DNA of 64,000 nucleotides from Melittangium boletus DSM 14713 (GTDB lineage Bacteria; Myxococcota; Myxococcia; Myxococcales; Myxococcaceae): NCBI RefSeq assembly GCF_002305855.1, contig NZ_CP022163.1, positions 7,195,765 to 7,259,764 of the forward strand, read 5' to 3'. Shown piece by piece: positions 1 to 17,300 of this stretch (position 1 is its first letter; each line of letters starts with the position of its first letter). The notes under the pieces were generated by a model. It saw only the letters and a program-made list of their open reading frames with translations, ran no database searches and was not told where the DNA came from. The position numbers and the translations under genes were made by a program.

Positions 1-3000
1 ATCTTCGAGAGGACCTGCACCGCCGTGAGCGAGGTGCCTCCCAGCTCGAAGAAGTTGTCGTGCACGCCCACCTGCTCGAGGCCCAGCGCCTTCTGCCAGA
101 TGTCCACCAGCATCCGCTCGGTCTCGTCGCGCGGCGCCACGTAGGCCGTCCCCAGCGTCGGGCGCGGCTGCGAGGGCTTCACCGATGTCTTCTCGAACTC
201 CGCCAGCAGGTCCAACGTGCCGTCCTGGAAGCGCGAGCGCAGATCCCTCGTGGACACCACCACCTGCGGCAGCTTCTGCCGGAGGATTCGCCGGAAGGCC
301 TCCACGCCCTCCTCGGCCTGGATGACGTCCACTTGCGGCCCGCCAGGCTTCGCGCCGGAGGCCGCCACCGCGGATCCGGGCCCCTCGCCCAGCGCCTTCA
401 CCGTCTCCTCGCCCACCTGCCGCAGCGAGTAGTCGTCGACCTCCACCAGCACCTGGCCCCGCTCGTCCATCACCGTGACCTGGAAGGACGCCACCTCGTT
501 CTGGCCACTCGGCCCATAGCGCGTGTGGCAGTACAGCTTGCGCGGCATCGGCCCGTGAATCTTCAAGCCCTTGTAGGCGAAGGGCAGCCACGCCCCTCCG
601 CCCAGGCTGAACAGGCCAAAGCCCAGCGCCAGGTCCATCAGCGCCGGGTGCGCCTTGAGGCGGGGCAGATCGTCGAGGTGGTGATCCGCCAGCTCCAGCG
701 TCGCCATGGCCTCGCGGGGTCCGATCCGCAGCCGGCTCAGGCTCTTCCAGTGCGCACCGTGGGAGATGAGGGGCGAGAGCACCGGCACCTCCCGCCCATC
801 GCGCTCCTCTCCGCCGCAGCGCCGCGCCAGTTCCTCCACGTCGTGGCGCTCCGGCTGGCTCCCGCTCAACGCGACCGCGGTCCCCGTGACGTGATCCCTC
901 CACTCGCCCCACGCCGACGCCGCGCTCACCACCTTGAAGCGGTAGGCCTCTCCCTGGCGGGTGATCACGGTGCGGACTTCCTTCTCCTCGCCCTCCTTCA
1001 CCCACAACGGCGCCTGGATGTTCATCTCCTGGATGTCCACGCCGCTCAGCCCGGCGAAGTCCTCCAGCGCCGCGCGCACCATCTCGATGTAGCCCGTGCC
1101 CGGAAGCACCGCCTGGCCCCCCACCCGGTGCTCCTCCACCACCCAGTGCCGGGCGGTGCTGAAGTGCATGGCGTAGACGACCTGATCCTCCTGCCGGGAG
1201 ACGCAGCGGCCCAGCATGGGGTGCAGCTCGGGCGCGGAGACGGGGGCCTGCGCCGCCAGCTTGTTGATGACGCCCATCGCGAGGCCCATGGGCCACCCGT
1301 CCCAGTTGATGGAGACGGTGAAGGGGCCTCCCCGCGCGTTGCGCGCCTGGGCGTAGGCGTCCATGAAGGAGTTGGCCGCTCCGTAATCCACCTGCCCCGT
1401 CAGCCCCAACACGGAGCTGATGGAGGAGTAGAGCACCAAGAAGTCCAGTGGCTCGTGGGCCAGCACCTCCTCGAGCACCATCGTCCCGAGCACCTTGGGC
1501 GCCAGCACGTTCCTCGCCGAGTCGGCCGCCTTCACCTGCATCAGGCCGTCATGGAGCAGGCCCGCCGTGTGGATGACGCCATGGATCGCTCCGAAGCGCT
1601 CCTTCACCTCCCGCGTCACCTCCTTCATCCGCTCGAGGTCCGCCACATCGGCCTGGAGCACCATCACCTCCGCGCCCCGGGCCTCCAGCGACAGCACGGC
1701 CTCGATGCGCTGGCGCGTCTGATCTCCGGGCATGAGCTCGGCCAACCACTTCGTCCACGTGTCCCGCGGCGGCAACCCCGTGCGGCCCACCAGCGCCAGC
1801 CGCGCCCGGACGGTGCCCGCCAGGTGCTCGGCCACCACGAGCGAGAGCGCCCCGAGGCCTCCCGTGAGCAGGTAGACACCGCGCTCGCGCAGGCGCGGCT
1901 CCGGGGTGGCGGCTTCCAGCCGGATCGGCTCGTACGTCTGCTCCCAGCGGTGCGGACCGCGCAGCGCCACCGGGTTCGCCTCGTGCCCGGAGGTGACTTC
2001 CGCGAGGAGTTGCCGCGCCAGACGCGCCGCCTGGGGCGTGCCCCTCGCCGGTGTCACCACGTCGATGGGGCGGGCCTTGAGGTATGGGTACTCTTTCACC
2101 ATCACCTTGCCCACGCCCAGCACGAGGGCCTTCTCGGGGTGCAGGGACTCCTCGCCCGTCACCGCTTGCAGGTGGCTGGTGAGCACGTGCACGGGCAGCA
2201 CCTCGTTGGCGCTCGCCGGCCTCGGGCCGAGCGCCTGGACGAGGTGCAACAGGCTCTGGAAGCCCCGGCGCCAGGCCGTCTCGTAGCGCTCGCGCGGCGT
2301 GGTGGCGCTGTCCTCCCCCGTGACATTCCACAGGTGGGCGATGGCCGTGGGCCGCTGGTCGTGCTCGCGCAGGTGGCGCAGCAGGGCCTCGTGGTCCGCG
2401 GGGCTCTCCGGGTCGACGGTGAAGGCCGTGGGGCTCGGGTGGGTGAAGCCCTCGCCCGGCTTCACCGTGAGCACCTGGTGGCCCGCCTTCTCCAGCTCGA
2501 GCGCCAGCGCCTCGCCCACTCCCTGCTCGTCCTGGAAGAACAGCCACCTTCCGGGTTGGCCTCCCGAGGAGGTGGACTCGAGCAGCGGCGATTGCTTCCA
2601 GGTGGGCACGTAGAACCAGTCCGCGAGGTCCTGCTTCTTCCCCTTGGACTCCTCTGGCTTCACCGGGCTCTTGTCATGGGCGTTGCTCATGGATTTCTTC
2701 CAGAACTTCTTGTGCTCGAAGGGGTAGGAGGGAAGGGGGACGCGGCGGCGGCGCTCGTGGGAGTAGAAGCCCATCCAGTCGACGGGGACGCCCTCCATCC
2801 ACAGACGGCCGAGGGTGGACAGGAGGAAGGCGGAGTCGGACTGTTTCTCCTGGGGGTGGCGAGTGGAGGAGAAGACAGGGGTGGAGCGGGAGTGCTGCTT
2901 GGCCAGGGAGGAGAGGACCTGGCCGGGGCCCACCTCCAGCAGCACGCGCGAAGAGTCGGAGAGGAGGGTGCGCAGGCCCTCGGAGAAGCGCACGGTGTGG

Positions 3001-5339
3001 CGCAGGTGTCGGGCCCAGTAGGCGGGGGTGGCGACTTCGTCGGTGGCCCAGGTGCCAGTGACGTTGGAGACGAAGGGGAGGGAGGGGGAGTGGAAGCGGA
3101 GGGAGGAGAGGACGCGGGAGAATTCGGGGAGGATGGGCTCGACCATCTCCGAGTGGCTGGAGACGGAGATGCGCACGCGGTGACACTCGGTGCCCTCGGA
3201 GGAGAGTTGACGCTGGAGGGAGTCGATGGAGTCGGAAGGGCCGGAGACAACGCAGAGGGAGGGGGCGTTGATGGCGGCGAGGGAGAGGCCCGGAGCGAGG
3301 CGGGAGCGGACGTGGGCCTCGGGGAGGGAGACGGAGAGCATGGCGCCCGAGGGAAGGGACTCGAAGAGGCGGGCGCGGGTGAGGACGAGGGTGAGGGCGT
3401 CCTCGAGGGAGAAGACGCCGGCGAGGCAGGCGGCGGCGTACTCACCCAGGGAGTGGCCGATGAGGGCCTGGGGCCGGATGCCGAAGGAGAGCCAGAGGCG
3501 GGCCAGGGCGTATTCGGTGGTGAAGAGGGCGGGCAGGCCGTAGAGGCCGCGCTGCAGGAGGCGGGAGGCTTCCTCGGCCTTGTCGGGGGCGGGGTAGAGC
3601 AGGGAGCGCAAGTCCAGGCCGAGGTGGGGCTGGAGGAAGCGGGCGCAGCGCTCCACCTCCTGGCGGAAGACGGGCTCGGAGTCGTGGAGCTCCCGGGCCA
3701 TGTCCGGGTACTGCGCGCCTCCTCCCGGGAACATGAAGGCCACGGCCCGCTCATCGGCTTCCTTCGTCCGCGAGAGGATGCGCGTCGGTTCCCCCGCCTC
3801 GAGCACGGAGAGGGCATCCTCGCGATCGCGGCAGACGAGGACGCGGCGGTGGGAGAAGCCCTTGCGGCCCTGCTGGAGGGTGAAGGCGACGTCGGCCAGG
3901 GGCTGCTCCGGGTGCTGGCGCAGGTGGGTGGCGAACCGCTGGGTGACGCTCTCCAGGGCCGTGGGGGTCCGGGCGGACAACAACAACAACTGCCAGGGGC
4001 GCGAGGCACTGGCGGGAGGAAGCGCCGGGGCCTCCTCGAGCACCACGTGGGCGTTGGTGCCGCCGATGCCGAAGGAGCTCACCCCGGCGCGGCGCGGGGT
4101 GGGGCCGGCCTTCCACTCGCGCAGCGTGTCGTTGACGAAGAAGGGGCTGCTGGCGAAGTCGATGCTGGGATTGGGCACGCGGTAGTGCAGGCTCGGGGGC
4201 AACTGCTGGTGCCTGAGCGCCTGCACCGTCTTGATGAGGCTGGCGATGCCCGCCGCCGTGTTCAGGTGGCCGATGTTCGTCTTCACCGAGCCCAATGCAC
4301 AGAACTGTCGCCCTTGGGCCCCTCGCGTGCGGAAGGCCTGGGTGAGCGCGCTCACCTCGATGGGATCTCCCAGCGCCGTGCCCGTGCCGTGCGTCTCCAC
4401 GTAGCTGATGGAGTCCGGCTCGACGTCGGCCATGGACTGCGCGTCCAGGATGGCGGTGAGCTGCCCGTCCACGCTCGGCGCGGTGAAGCCCACCTTCTGC
4501 GAGCCGTCGTTGTTGATGGCCGAGCCCCGGATGACCGCCTCGATGGTGTCCCCATCCCGCAGCGCGTCCTCCAGCCTCTTGAGCACCACCACGCCCACGC
4601 CGTTGCCCACACCCAGGCCCTGCGCATTCGCGTCGAAGGCCCGGCAGTGCCCGTCCGGAGAGAAGATGCCTCCCGGCTCGTGGAGATAGCCGGCCTTGTG
4701 CGGCATGTTGACGGAGATGCCTCCCGCCAGCGCCATGTCACACTCGCGGTTGAGCAGGCTCTGACAGGCCAGGTGCACCGCCACGAGCGACGTGGAACAT
4801 GCCGTCTGCACCGACAGCGCCGGGCCGCGCAGGTTCAGCTTGTAGGCCACCCGCGTGGCCACGTAGTCCCGATCGTTGCTCGTCAGCTCCAGGAAGCTGC
4901 TGGTCGCGAACGGCCGGAAGAAGGTGAAGGAGTTGTACAGGTACACGCTCAACGACGAGCCCGCGTACACCCCGATCTTCCCCTCGCTCCGCTCCGAGTC
5001 GTACCCCGCCCGCTCCATCGCCTGCCACGCCGTCTCCAGGAAGAGGCGGTGCTGCGGGTCCATCGTCTCCGCTTCCCTCGGGGTGAAGCCGAAGAAGTCG
5101 GCGTCGAACTCGTCGATGCCGTCCAGCAGGAAGCCCGCCTTCACGTAGCCGGGCTCCTTTAGCGCGTCCGGCTCGATGCCCGAGGCCAGCAGTTCCTCGT
5201 CCGTCAGGGGCGTCAGCGGCTCCACGCCGTCACGCAGGTTGCGCCAGAATGCCTCTACGTCCCGTGCTCCGGGAAAACGGCCCGCCATGCCCACGATGGC
5301 GATGTCGTAGAGGCGTTCTCCTGTGTCGATGTCGGACAT
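1..5339 (-). CDS. Type I polyketide synthase, 5' part only (KS-AT-psiKR/KR-DH-PCP-type carrier ...), continues beyond window start
   Basis: Hand translation of minus strand from ATG at 5339 (30 nt downstream of the NRPS stop, same frame). No stop over at least 360 carefully translated codons, and motifs are found down to nt 1. KS motifs QTACSTSLVAVHLAC, YVETHGTGT and SVKTNIGHL. AT motifs FPGGGAQ and GHSLGE (3441-3458). KR motif YLLTGGLGALS (about 1850-1880). DH motif HRVGGQAVLPGTGY (about 1095-1135). Carrier motif DNFFELGGTSL at nt about 30-60. Not in the ORF track because no stop lies inside the window. The 60..5162 plus ORF is its antisense shadow. Confidence 0.8.
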   Translation of the reverse strand, partial: MSDIDTGERLYDIAIVGMAGRFPGARDVEAFWRNLRDGVEPLTPLTDEELLASGIEPDALKEPGYVKAGFLLDGIDEFDADFFGFTPREAETMDPQHRLFLETAWQAMERAGYDSERSEGKIGVYAGSSLSVYLYNSFTFFRPFATSSFLELTSNDRDYVATRVAYKLNLRGPALSVQTACSTSLVAVHLACQSLLNRECDMALAGGISVNMPHKAGYLHEPGGIFSPDGHCRAFDANAQGLGVGNGVGVVVLKRLEDALRDGDTIEAVIRGSAINNDGSQKVGFTAPSVDGQLTAILDAQSMADVEPDSISYVETHGTGTALGDPIEVSALTQAFRTRGAQGRQFCALGSVKTNIGHLNTAAGIASLIKTVQALRHQQLPPSLHYRVPNPSIDFASSPFFVNDTLREWKAGPTPRRAGVSSFGIGGTNAHVVLEEAPALPPASASRPWQLLLLSARTPTALESVTQRFATHLRQHPEQPLADVAFTLQQGRKGFSHRRVLVCRDREDALSVLEAGEPTRILSRTKEADERAVAFMFPGGGAQYPDMARELHDSEPVFRQEVERCARFLQPHLGLDLRSLLYPAPDKAEEASRLLQRGLYGLPALFTTEYALARLWLSFGIRPQALIGHSLGEYAAACLAGVFSLEDALTLVLTRARLFESLPSGAMLSVSLPEAHVRSRLAPGLSLAAINAPSLCVVSGPSDSIDSLQRQLSSEGTECHRVRISVSSHSEMVEPILPEFSRVLSSLRFHSPSLPFVSNVTGTWATDEVATPAYWARHLRHTVRFSEGLRTLLSDSSRVLLEVGPGQVLSSLAKQHSRSTPVFSSTRHPQEKQSDSAFLLSTLGRLWMEGVPVDWMGFYSHERRRRVPLPSYPFEHKKFWKKSMSNAHDKSPVKPEESKGKKQDLADWFYVPTWKQSPLLESTSSGGQPGRWLFFQDEQGVGEALALELEKAGHQVLTVKPGEGFTHPSPTAFTVDPESPADHEALLRHLREHDQRPTAIAHLWNVTGEDSATTPRERYETAWRRGFQSLLHLVQALGPRPASANEVLPVHVLTSHLQAVTGEESLHPEKALVLGVGKVMVKEYPYLKARPIDVVTPARGTPQAARLARQLLAEVTSGHEANPVALRGPHRWEQTYEPIRLEAATPEPRLRERGVYLLTGGLGALSLVVAEHLAGTVRARLALVGRTGLPPRDTWTKWLAELMPGDQTRQRIEAVLSLEARGAEVMVLQADVADLERMKEVTREVKERFGAIHGVIHTAGLLHDGLMQVKAADSARNVLAPKVLGTMVLEEVLAHEPLDFLVLYSSISSVLGLTGQVDYGAANSFMDAYAQARNARGGPFTVSINWDGWPMGLAMGVINKLAAQAPVSAPELHPMLGRCVSRQEDQVVYAMHFSTARHWVVEEHRVGGQAVLPGTGYIEMVRAALEDFAGLSGVDIQEMNIQAPLWVKEGEEKEVRTVITRQGEAYRFKVVSAASAWGEWRDHVTGTAVALSGSQPERHDVEELARRCGGEERDGREVPVLSPLISHGAHWKSLSRLRIGPREAMATLELADHHLDDLPRLKAHPALMDLALGFGLFSLGGGAWLPFAYKGLKIHGPMPRKLYCHTRYGPSGQNEVASFQVTVMDERGQVLVEVDDYSLRQVGEETVKALGEGPGSAVAASGAKPGGPQVDVIQAEEGVEAFRRILRQKLPQVVVSTRDLRSRFQDGTLDLLAEFEKTSVKPSQPRPTLGTAYVAPRDETERMLVDIWQKALGLEQVGVHDNFFELGGTSLTAVQVLSK

Positions 5340-5369
5340 TGATGTTGGATCTCTCGAAGATATGGGGGG

Positions 5370-8300
5370 TCAGCGGCCGCGCTGGGACCGCTGACGGAGG
5401 AAGTCCCGGCGCGCATCCGCTCGCGCCTGGCTCTGCTGCTGTTGCCGCTGTTCCGAGGCCTGCCGGGCGGGCATGTCCGCGCGGGCCTTCGCCAACGCGC
5501 TGACCGTGGGGTAGCGGAACAGCTCCACCACCGACAGCTCGGCGCCCATCGACTCGCGCAGCCGGCCGAGTACCTGCACCATCAGCACCGAGTCGCCGCC
5601 CAGGTCGAAGAAGTTGTCGTGGATGCCCACCTGCGCCACGCCCAGCACCGCCTGCCACGCCTGGGCGATGACACGCTCGGTGTCCGAGCGCGGGGCTTCG
5701 TAGTGGGCGCGCGCCTCGGCCGCCTGGGCCTCGGGGGCGGGCAGCGCGCGGCGATCCACCTTGCCGTTGGACGACAGCGGCAGCCGCTCCAGCAGCATGA
5801 GGGTGCTCGGCACCATGTAGTCCGGCAGCTTCTGGCCCAGGAAGTCGCGCAGCGCGTCCACCGTGGGCGATTCACCGTCCCGGGGCACCACGTAGGCCAC
5901 CAGGCGCTTGTGGCCCCGGCGCTCGCCCAGCGCCACCACCACCGACGCGCGCACCGCGGGGTGCTCGCTCAACGCCGTCTCGATCTCCCCCAGCTCGATG
6001 CGGTAGCCGCGCACCTTCACCTGGAAGTCCTCCCGGCCCAGGAACTCGAGGTCGCCGTCCGGCAGGTACCGGCCCAGGTCTCCCGTGCGGTACAGGCGCT
6101 GGCCCGTGCGCGGGTGGGTGATGAAGCTCGCCGCCGTCTTCACCTCGTCCCGCCAGTAGCCCTTCGCCAGGCCGATGCCTCCGATGTAGAGCTGCCCCGG
6201 GACCCACACCGGACAGGGCTCCAGCGCCTCGTTGAGCACGTGGAAGCTCTGGTTCCGCATGGGCTTGCCGTACGGGATGCTCTTCCACTCCGGATCCACG
6301 TCCTCGATCGGGTAGAGGATGGACCAGATGGAGGCCTCGGTGGCGCCGCCCAGGCTGATGAGCCGCACGCCCGGCACCCGCGCGCGGAGCTGGCCGGGGA
6401 GCGTCACTGGAATCCAGTCTCCGCTCAGCAGCGCCAGCCGCAGCGTGGGCGCGAGGCGATCGCCACTGCCTCCGGCGTACTCCAACAGCATCTCCATCAG
6501 CGGCGGCGCCGAGTTCCACACCGTCACCCGGTGCTCGCGCATCCGCTGGGACCAGTGCTCGGGATCCCTCGCGCGCTCCGCGTCCGGCAGCACCAGCGTG
6601 GCCCCCGCGGCCAGCGTTCCGAAGATGTCGTAGACGGACAGGTCGAAGGTGAGCGCGCTCACGCCCAGCACCCGATCCTCCGCCGTCACGCCGAAGCGCT
6701 GGTTGATGTCCACCACCGTGTTGAGCGCGCCGCGGTGATCGATCATCACCCCCTTGGGGTGGCCCGTGGAGCCCGACGTATAGATGACGTAGGCGAGCTC
6801 CTCCGCGCCTGGCACCGGCTCGAGCGGCGCCAGTGCGGGCTCCTCCGGGGCCGTGTCCAGCGCGTAGCGGCGCACGCCCTCCGGCCACTGCACCCGCGGC
6901 TCCAGCCAGGATTGGGTGAGCGCCAGGGAGGCCTGCCCATTCTCCAGCAGGTAGCGCAGGCGCTCGGCGGGCAGTTCCGGATCCAACGGCAGGTAGGCCG
7001 CCCCCGCGTACAGCACGCCGAGCACGCCCACCACCTGCTCCCAGCCCTTCTCCATCACCACCGCCACCAGCGTGTGGGGCTTCGCTCCCCGGGCACGCAG
7101 CCAGTGGCCCAGCGCGAGCGCGCGGCGGTGCAGCTCCGCGTAGGTGAGCGTCCGGCCCGAGGCGATGACGGCGGGGTGCTCGGGCTGGCGCGCCACCTGC
7201 TCCAGGAAGGGCGAGTGCAGCAGCCCCGGCGGCACGGGGGCCTCGGTGGCGTTGACCGCGGCGCGTTGCGCGAGCTGCGACTCGGGCAGGAGCCGGGGGT
7301 ACTCCTCCTTCCAGGCGGCCTCGTCATCGGCGAGCCGTTCCAGCAGCCGCGTATAGGCGCTGAACAGATCGTCCAGCAGCCCCGGGGGAAAGAGCTCGTC
7401 CAGCGTGTCCCAGCTGAAGCTCAGCGCGCCCTTCTCCTCGGTGATCTGATGGTCCAACCACACCTGCGGCGTCTGGCTGATGGCGTAGACGAGCCGGCCC
7501 AGCCAGTCGATCTCGAACAGGGTGTTGGTGCGCGAGGTGATCGTGCTGGTGAAGACGATGGGCATCGTCACCGCGCCGCCGTGGTGGCGGCCGAGATCCC
7601 GGAGCACGCGCACGCCGCCGTACTGGCCGTGCTCCAGATCCTTGCCGAGCTGCTCCTGGAGCCGCCGCGCGCGGTCGGTGAAGGTCCCCCGGGTGCCGCC
7701 CACCTCCAACAGCAGGGTGGAGGCGAAGTCCCCCACCAATGCGTCGAGCCCCGGGTGCAGCGGCGGCCGGTTGAAGGACGTGACGTTGAGGCTCATGCGC
7801 GGCGACTTGCTCCACGCCGCGAGCACCTCGGCGAAGGCCGCGCACAGCGCTCCCGAGGCCGTCACGCCCGCGGGCGTGGCCCGAGCCTTCAGCCGTCCCC
7901 AGCGCTCCGCGTCCAGCATCGCGGTCCGGCGGGAGAACTCCATCTTCCGCAGCGCTGACGGGCTGCGCGCGAGCGGCAGGTCCGGCGCGGGGGGCAGCGT
8001 GGCCAGCCGGTCGCGCCAGTACGCCTGGGAGTGACAGAAGGACTCCGTCTCCCGGAAGGCCGTCTCCGCCCGCACGTAGTCCCGGAAGGACACCGTCAGG
8101 GGCTCCAGCTCCTGCTCGGGTGCCTGGTACAGCTTCGCCCAGTCCCTGAGCAGCAGGGAAATGCTCCAGGCGTCGGCGATCATCAGCTCGATGCGCAGGT
8201 GCATCCGGGTGAGGGAGTCGGTGACGCGGGTGGCGCGCAGCTCGAAGAGCGGCCACTGGTGCGTTGGCGTCACCCGGTGCGACAGCTCCTGGCGCAGTGC

Positions 8301-8812
8301 CAGCAGGCGCTCCTCGCGCGGCTCGGGCGCCAGGTGCCGCGCGTCCTCCACCTCGACCCGGTAGGGCGGCACTTCCGCGAGGATCCGCTGGCTTCCCTCC
8401 GGGAGCACCACCGCGCGCATCATGTCGTGGCGTTGCACGAGCCGCTGCCACGCCCGCTCCAGCCTCGGCAAGTCCAGGCCCTCGCCCTCGAACTCCATGT
8501 AGCTCTGGCACGTCACCTGTCCCAGGTCGAACGCGCCGCTGCGGCCCAGCCAGTAGGCCTGCTGCATGTCCGTGAGGGGGAAGGGCTCGTGGCGGCCCTC
8601 GACGTCCGGGACGATCACCGGCTGCTGGGCCTCCACGGGCCCGCCCAGGTCGCGCCGGCGCAGGAAGGCCAGCACCTCGGCCTTGTGCTGGGAGAGCTGA
8701 GCGCGAATCTCGGGCGTCAGCGCTCCCTTGGGCGCGCGGATGTTGAGCTGTTCGCCGTCCGTCTTGAGATGGATGTCGCGCCGGGCAAGGTCCGCGATGA
8801 ATTCCGACACGT

Positions 8813-8834
<22 letters not shown>
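5370..8834 (-). CDS. NRPS module: N-terminal docking - heterocyclization (Cy) - adenylation (probably Cys) - PCP
   Basis: Cy1 motif FPLTDMQQAYWLGR. Cy core IELMIADAWS (8165-8203). A-domain core motifs YTSGSTGHPKGV, FDLSVYD, SLGGATEASIW and YRTGDL. PCP motif FFDLGGDSV. N-terminus (DIHLKTDGEQLNIRAPKGALTPEIRAQL) resembles EpoB-type docking. Confidence 0.9.
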
Positions 8835-14334
<5,500 letters not shown>

Positions 14335-14338
<4 letters not shown>

Positions 14339-17300
14339 GACTGGTGGGTGCTCCCGGACAGGAGGTTCATGACGTCTTCGTCGGAGAGCCCATCGAGCTC
14401 ACCGAGCATGGCGTTCAAGTTGACCGCGGAGGCCTCCACGGCCGGGGGAGGGGGCTCGGACGCGGGGGTGGGCGCGGCGGACGGGGCGGACTCCGGCTCG
14501 GGCGAGAGTTGCATGCGCTCGGCCAGGTACGGCACCAGCCCCTCCAGCGTGGGGTAGTTCCACAGCACGGTGGCGGACAGCTTGAGCTCGAGGCTGGCCT
14601 CCAGCCGGTTGCGCAGCTCGAGCGTCATCAACGAGTCGAAGCCCAGCACGCGCAGCGGGGTGCGCGCGTCGATGCGCGAGGGCGACAGCTTGAGCACCTG
14701 GGCGATCTGCGCCTTGAGGTGCGATTCGAGCTGCGCGCGGCGGCGCCAGCCGGGCTCGGCGGCCAGCAGCGTCTGGCGAAGGGCCTCGGTGGGGCGCGGC
14801 GGGGGCGTGGCGGCGTCCTGGGGGCTGGCCAGCTCGTCCAGCAGGTGGGTGCGCGCGGCGGTGGGGTAGTGCTGGCGCCAGGCTCCGGCGTCGAAGCGCA
14901 TCACCGCCACCTGGGCCCGGGCGCCGAAGAGCACCTGGGCCAGGGACTCCACGCCCCCGGGGGGCGAGAGGGGGCCCAGCCCGTGTCCCTCCAGGCGCGT
15001 GCCGCGATCCGGCCGGGCGGCGAGGCCCACCTCGGACCAGGGGCCCCAGTTGATGCTGAGCGCGGGCACGCCGTGGGCCCGCAGGTGGTGGGCCAGCGCG
15101 TCCAGGAAGGCGTTGCCCGCGGCGTAGTTGCCCTGGCCGGGAGAGCCCAGCACCGACACCACCGAGGAGAAGAGGACGAAGAAGTCCAGCGGCTGCCCGG
15201 CGTGCAGCGTGTGGAGGTTCCACGCGCCCTCGACCTTGGGCGACATGGCGCGCCGCAGCCGCTCCAGGTTGAGGTTGGCCAGGGTGCCGTCGTCGAGGAT
15301 GCCCGCCGCGTGGACGATGCCGCGCACCGGCGGCAGCTCCCGCCCCAGCGCCTGGAGCGCCTGGGTGAGCGCTTCGAGGCGCGACACGTCCGCGCGGGCC
15401 AGATGCACCCGGGCTCCCGCGCTCCGCAGCGCCTCCAGTGCGCGCGCGGCTTCCCCCGAGGGCTCGCCGCGGCCCACCAGCACCAGGTGGCGAGCGCCCT
15501 GCTCGACGAGCCACCGCGCCACCTCGAGCCCCAGGCCCCCGAGGCCTCCCGTGAGGAGGTAGGTGGCGTCCGGGCGGATGCGGCCCGCGAGCGCCCGCGC
15601 GGAGTCCGGCGGCGTGCTCCGCGCCAGCCGGGCCGAGTAGCGGGTGCCGCCGCGCAGTGCCACCTGATCCTCGGTGTCGTCCGCGTCCAGCTCCTCCAGG
15701 GGGAAGGCCTCGTCCCCCGAGGCGTCCAGATCCACGCAGGTACAGCGCAGCTCGGGGTGCTCGTGCGCGAGCGCCTTGCCCACCCCCCACAGCGGGGCCT
15801 GGGCGAGGGCGAAGGACTTCTCCTCTCCGCTCACGGCCTGGGTGCCGCGCGTCACCAGCCAGAGGCGGGGTGACTCGTTCCAGCCGGCCCGCGAAAAGGC
15901 TTGGACCAGGTGCAACACGCCACCGCTGCCCAGGAGGAGGGCGCGCTCCAGGGACTCGAGCGAGGTGGACTCGGGCCCCGCCGCATCGAGGCTCCACAGG
16001 TGCACCACGCCGCGCGGCGCCGAGTCGAAGGCCTCGCGCAGCAGTTGCTGGAAGTGCTCGGGCCGGGCCGGGTCCAGGGCGTACCCGTCCTCGGAGAGGC
16101 GCCGCCAGTCGGGGCCGGGGGTGACGACGACGCAGCGCTCGCCCCGGGCCGCCAGCTTCTCCACGAGCGACGTCCCCACGCCTCGCGCATCGGCGAAGAC
16201 GAGCCACGCGCCCGGCGTCCATTCCGCGGGCGGGGACGGACGCCGTACGGGCCTCCACTGGAGCTCGTACCTCCCGTCGCGTCCGGCGCGCGACGCCAGC
16301 GTGCGGAGCACGTCGGCCGCCACCCGCTGGAAGTGCAGGCCCACGGCCTCGGCCAGGAGGCGGCCCTGGTCATCGAGGACGAGGAGATCGCCCGCGATGA
16401 TCTCGGCGCCGGGCTCGGCCGGGCGCAGGCGGGAGTGGGCCCAGAGGGACGCGCCAGGACGGGGCGTCTCGTACAGGCTCAGCCGCTCCAGGGACACGGG
16501 CAGGAAGGTGGCGTCGCGGGAGTAGCCGGCCTCGGGCGACAGCGAGGCGAGCACGAGCTGGAAGCAGGCGTCGAGGAGCGTGGGGTGCAGCAGCCACGCG
16601 GTGGAGTCGGCCTCGGCGGGATGGAGCTCGGCCAGGGCCTCGGCGCCGAGGCACCCCAGGCGCGCGAGGCGCTGGAAGGCGGGCCCGTACTGGAGGCCGC
16701 GCTGGGCCAGCGCCGCGTAGAGGGCGGTGGAGGGCGTCAGTGGGGCGATGCGCGACTGGAGGGAAGCGAGGGCCTTGGTGTCGGGCCGGCGCGGGACGGA
16801 CGCGGCGGGCACGAGGGTGGCGCTGGCGTGGCGCACCCAGGCGGAGGTCGCGGTGGCGCGGCTGGAGGCGTGGAAGGCGGAGCCGTCGAGCACCCACTGC
16901 ACCTGGAGGGCATCGGACTCGGGCAGCACGAGGGCCTGGGTGAAGCGCACCTCCGAGAGCGTCAAGGGGCCGGGACCGAGGGCGGTGCGCGCGGCGGCCA
17001 GGGCGGCCTCGAGGTAGGCGGCGGCGGGCAGCACCCCCTGGCCATGGACTCGGTGATCGGAGAGGGCGGGGAGGCCGAGGCAGGACAGCTCCGCCTCGAA
17101 GAAGTGGGTGCCCGGAGAGAGGGAGGACTGGAGGTGGGCACCGAGCAGTGGGTGCTCGCCCCGGACGCCGGGACGGGAGCGGGGGGCGGCGGACGCTCGC
17201 TCCTGGAACCAGAAGCGCTCGCGTTGCCAGGGGTAGGGGGGGAGATCCTGGCGGGTGGATGTCTCGGGGTGGAGGCGGGTCCAGTCGACGGGCAGTCCCA

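Noticed and set aside
60-5162. 1700-aa plus-strand ORF
   Set aside because: Arg/His/Leu-rich low-complexity translation with no motifs. It exactly overlies a minus-strand frame that encodes clear KS/AT/KR/DH motifs, so it is an antisense shadow.
5442-7958. 838-aa plus-strand ORF inside the NRPS gene
   Set aside because: Antisense to a gene with unambiguous Cy/A/PCP motifs.
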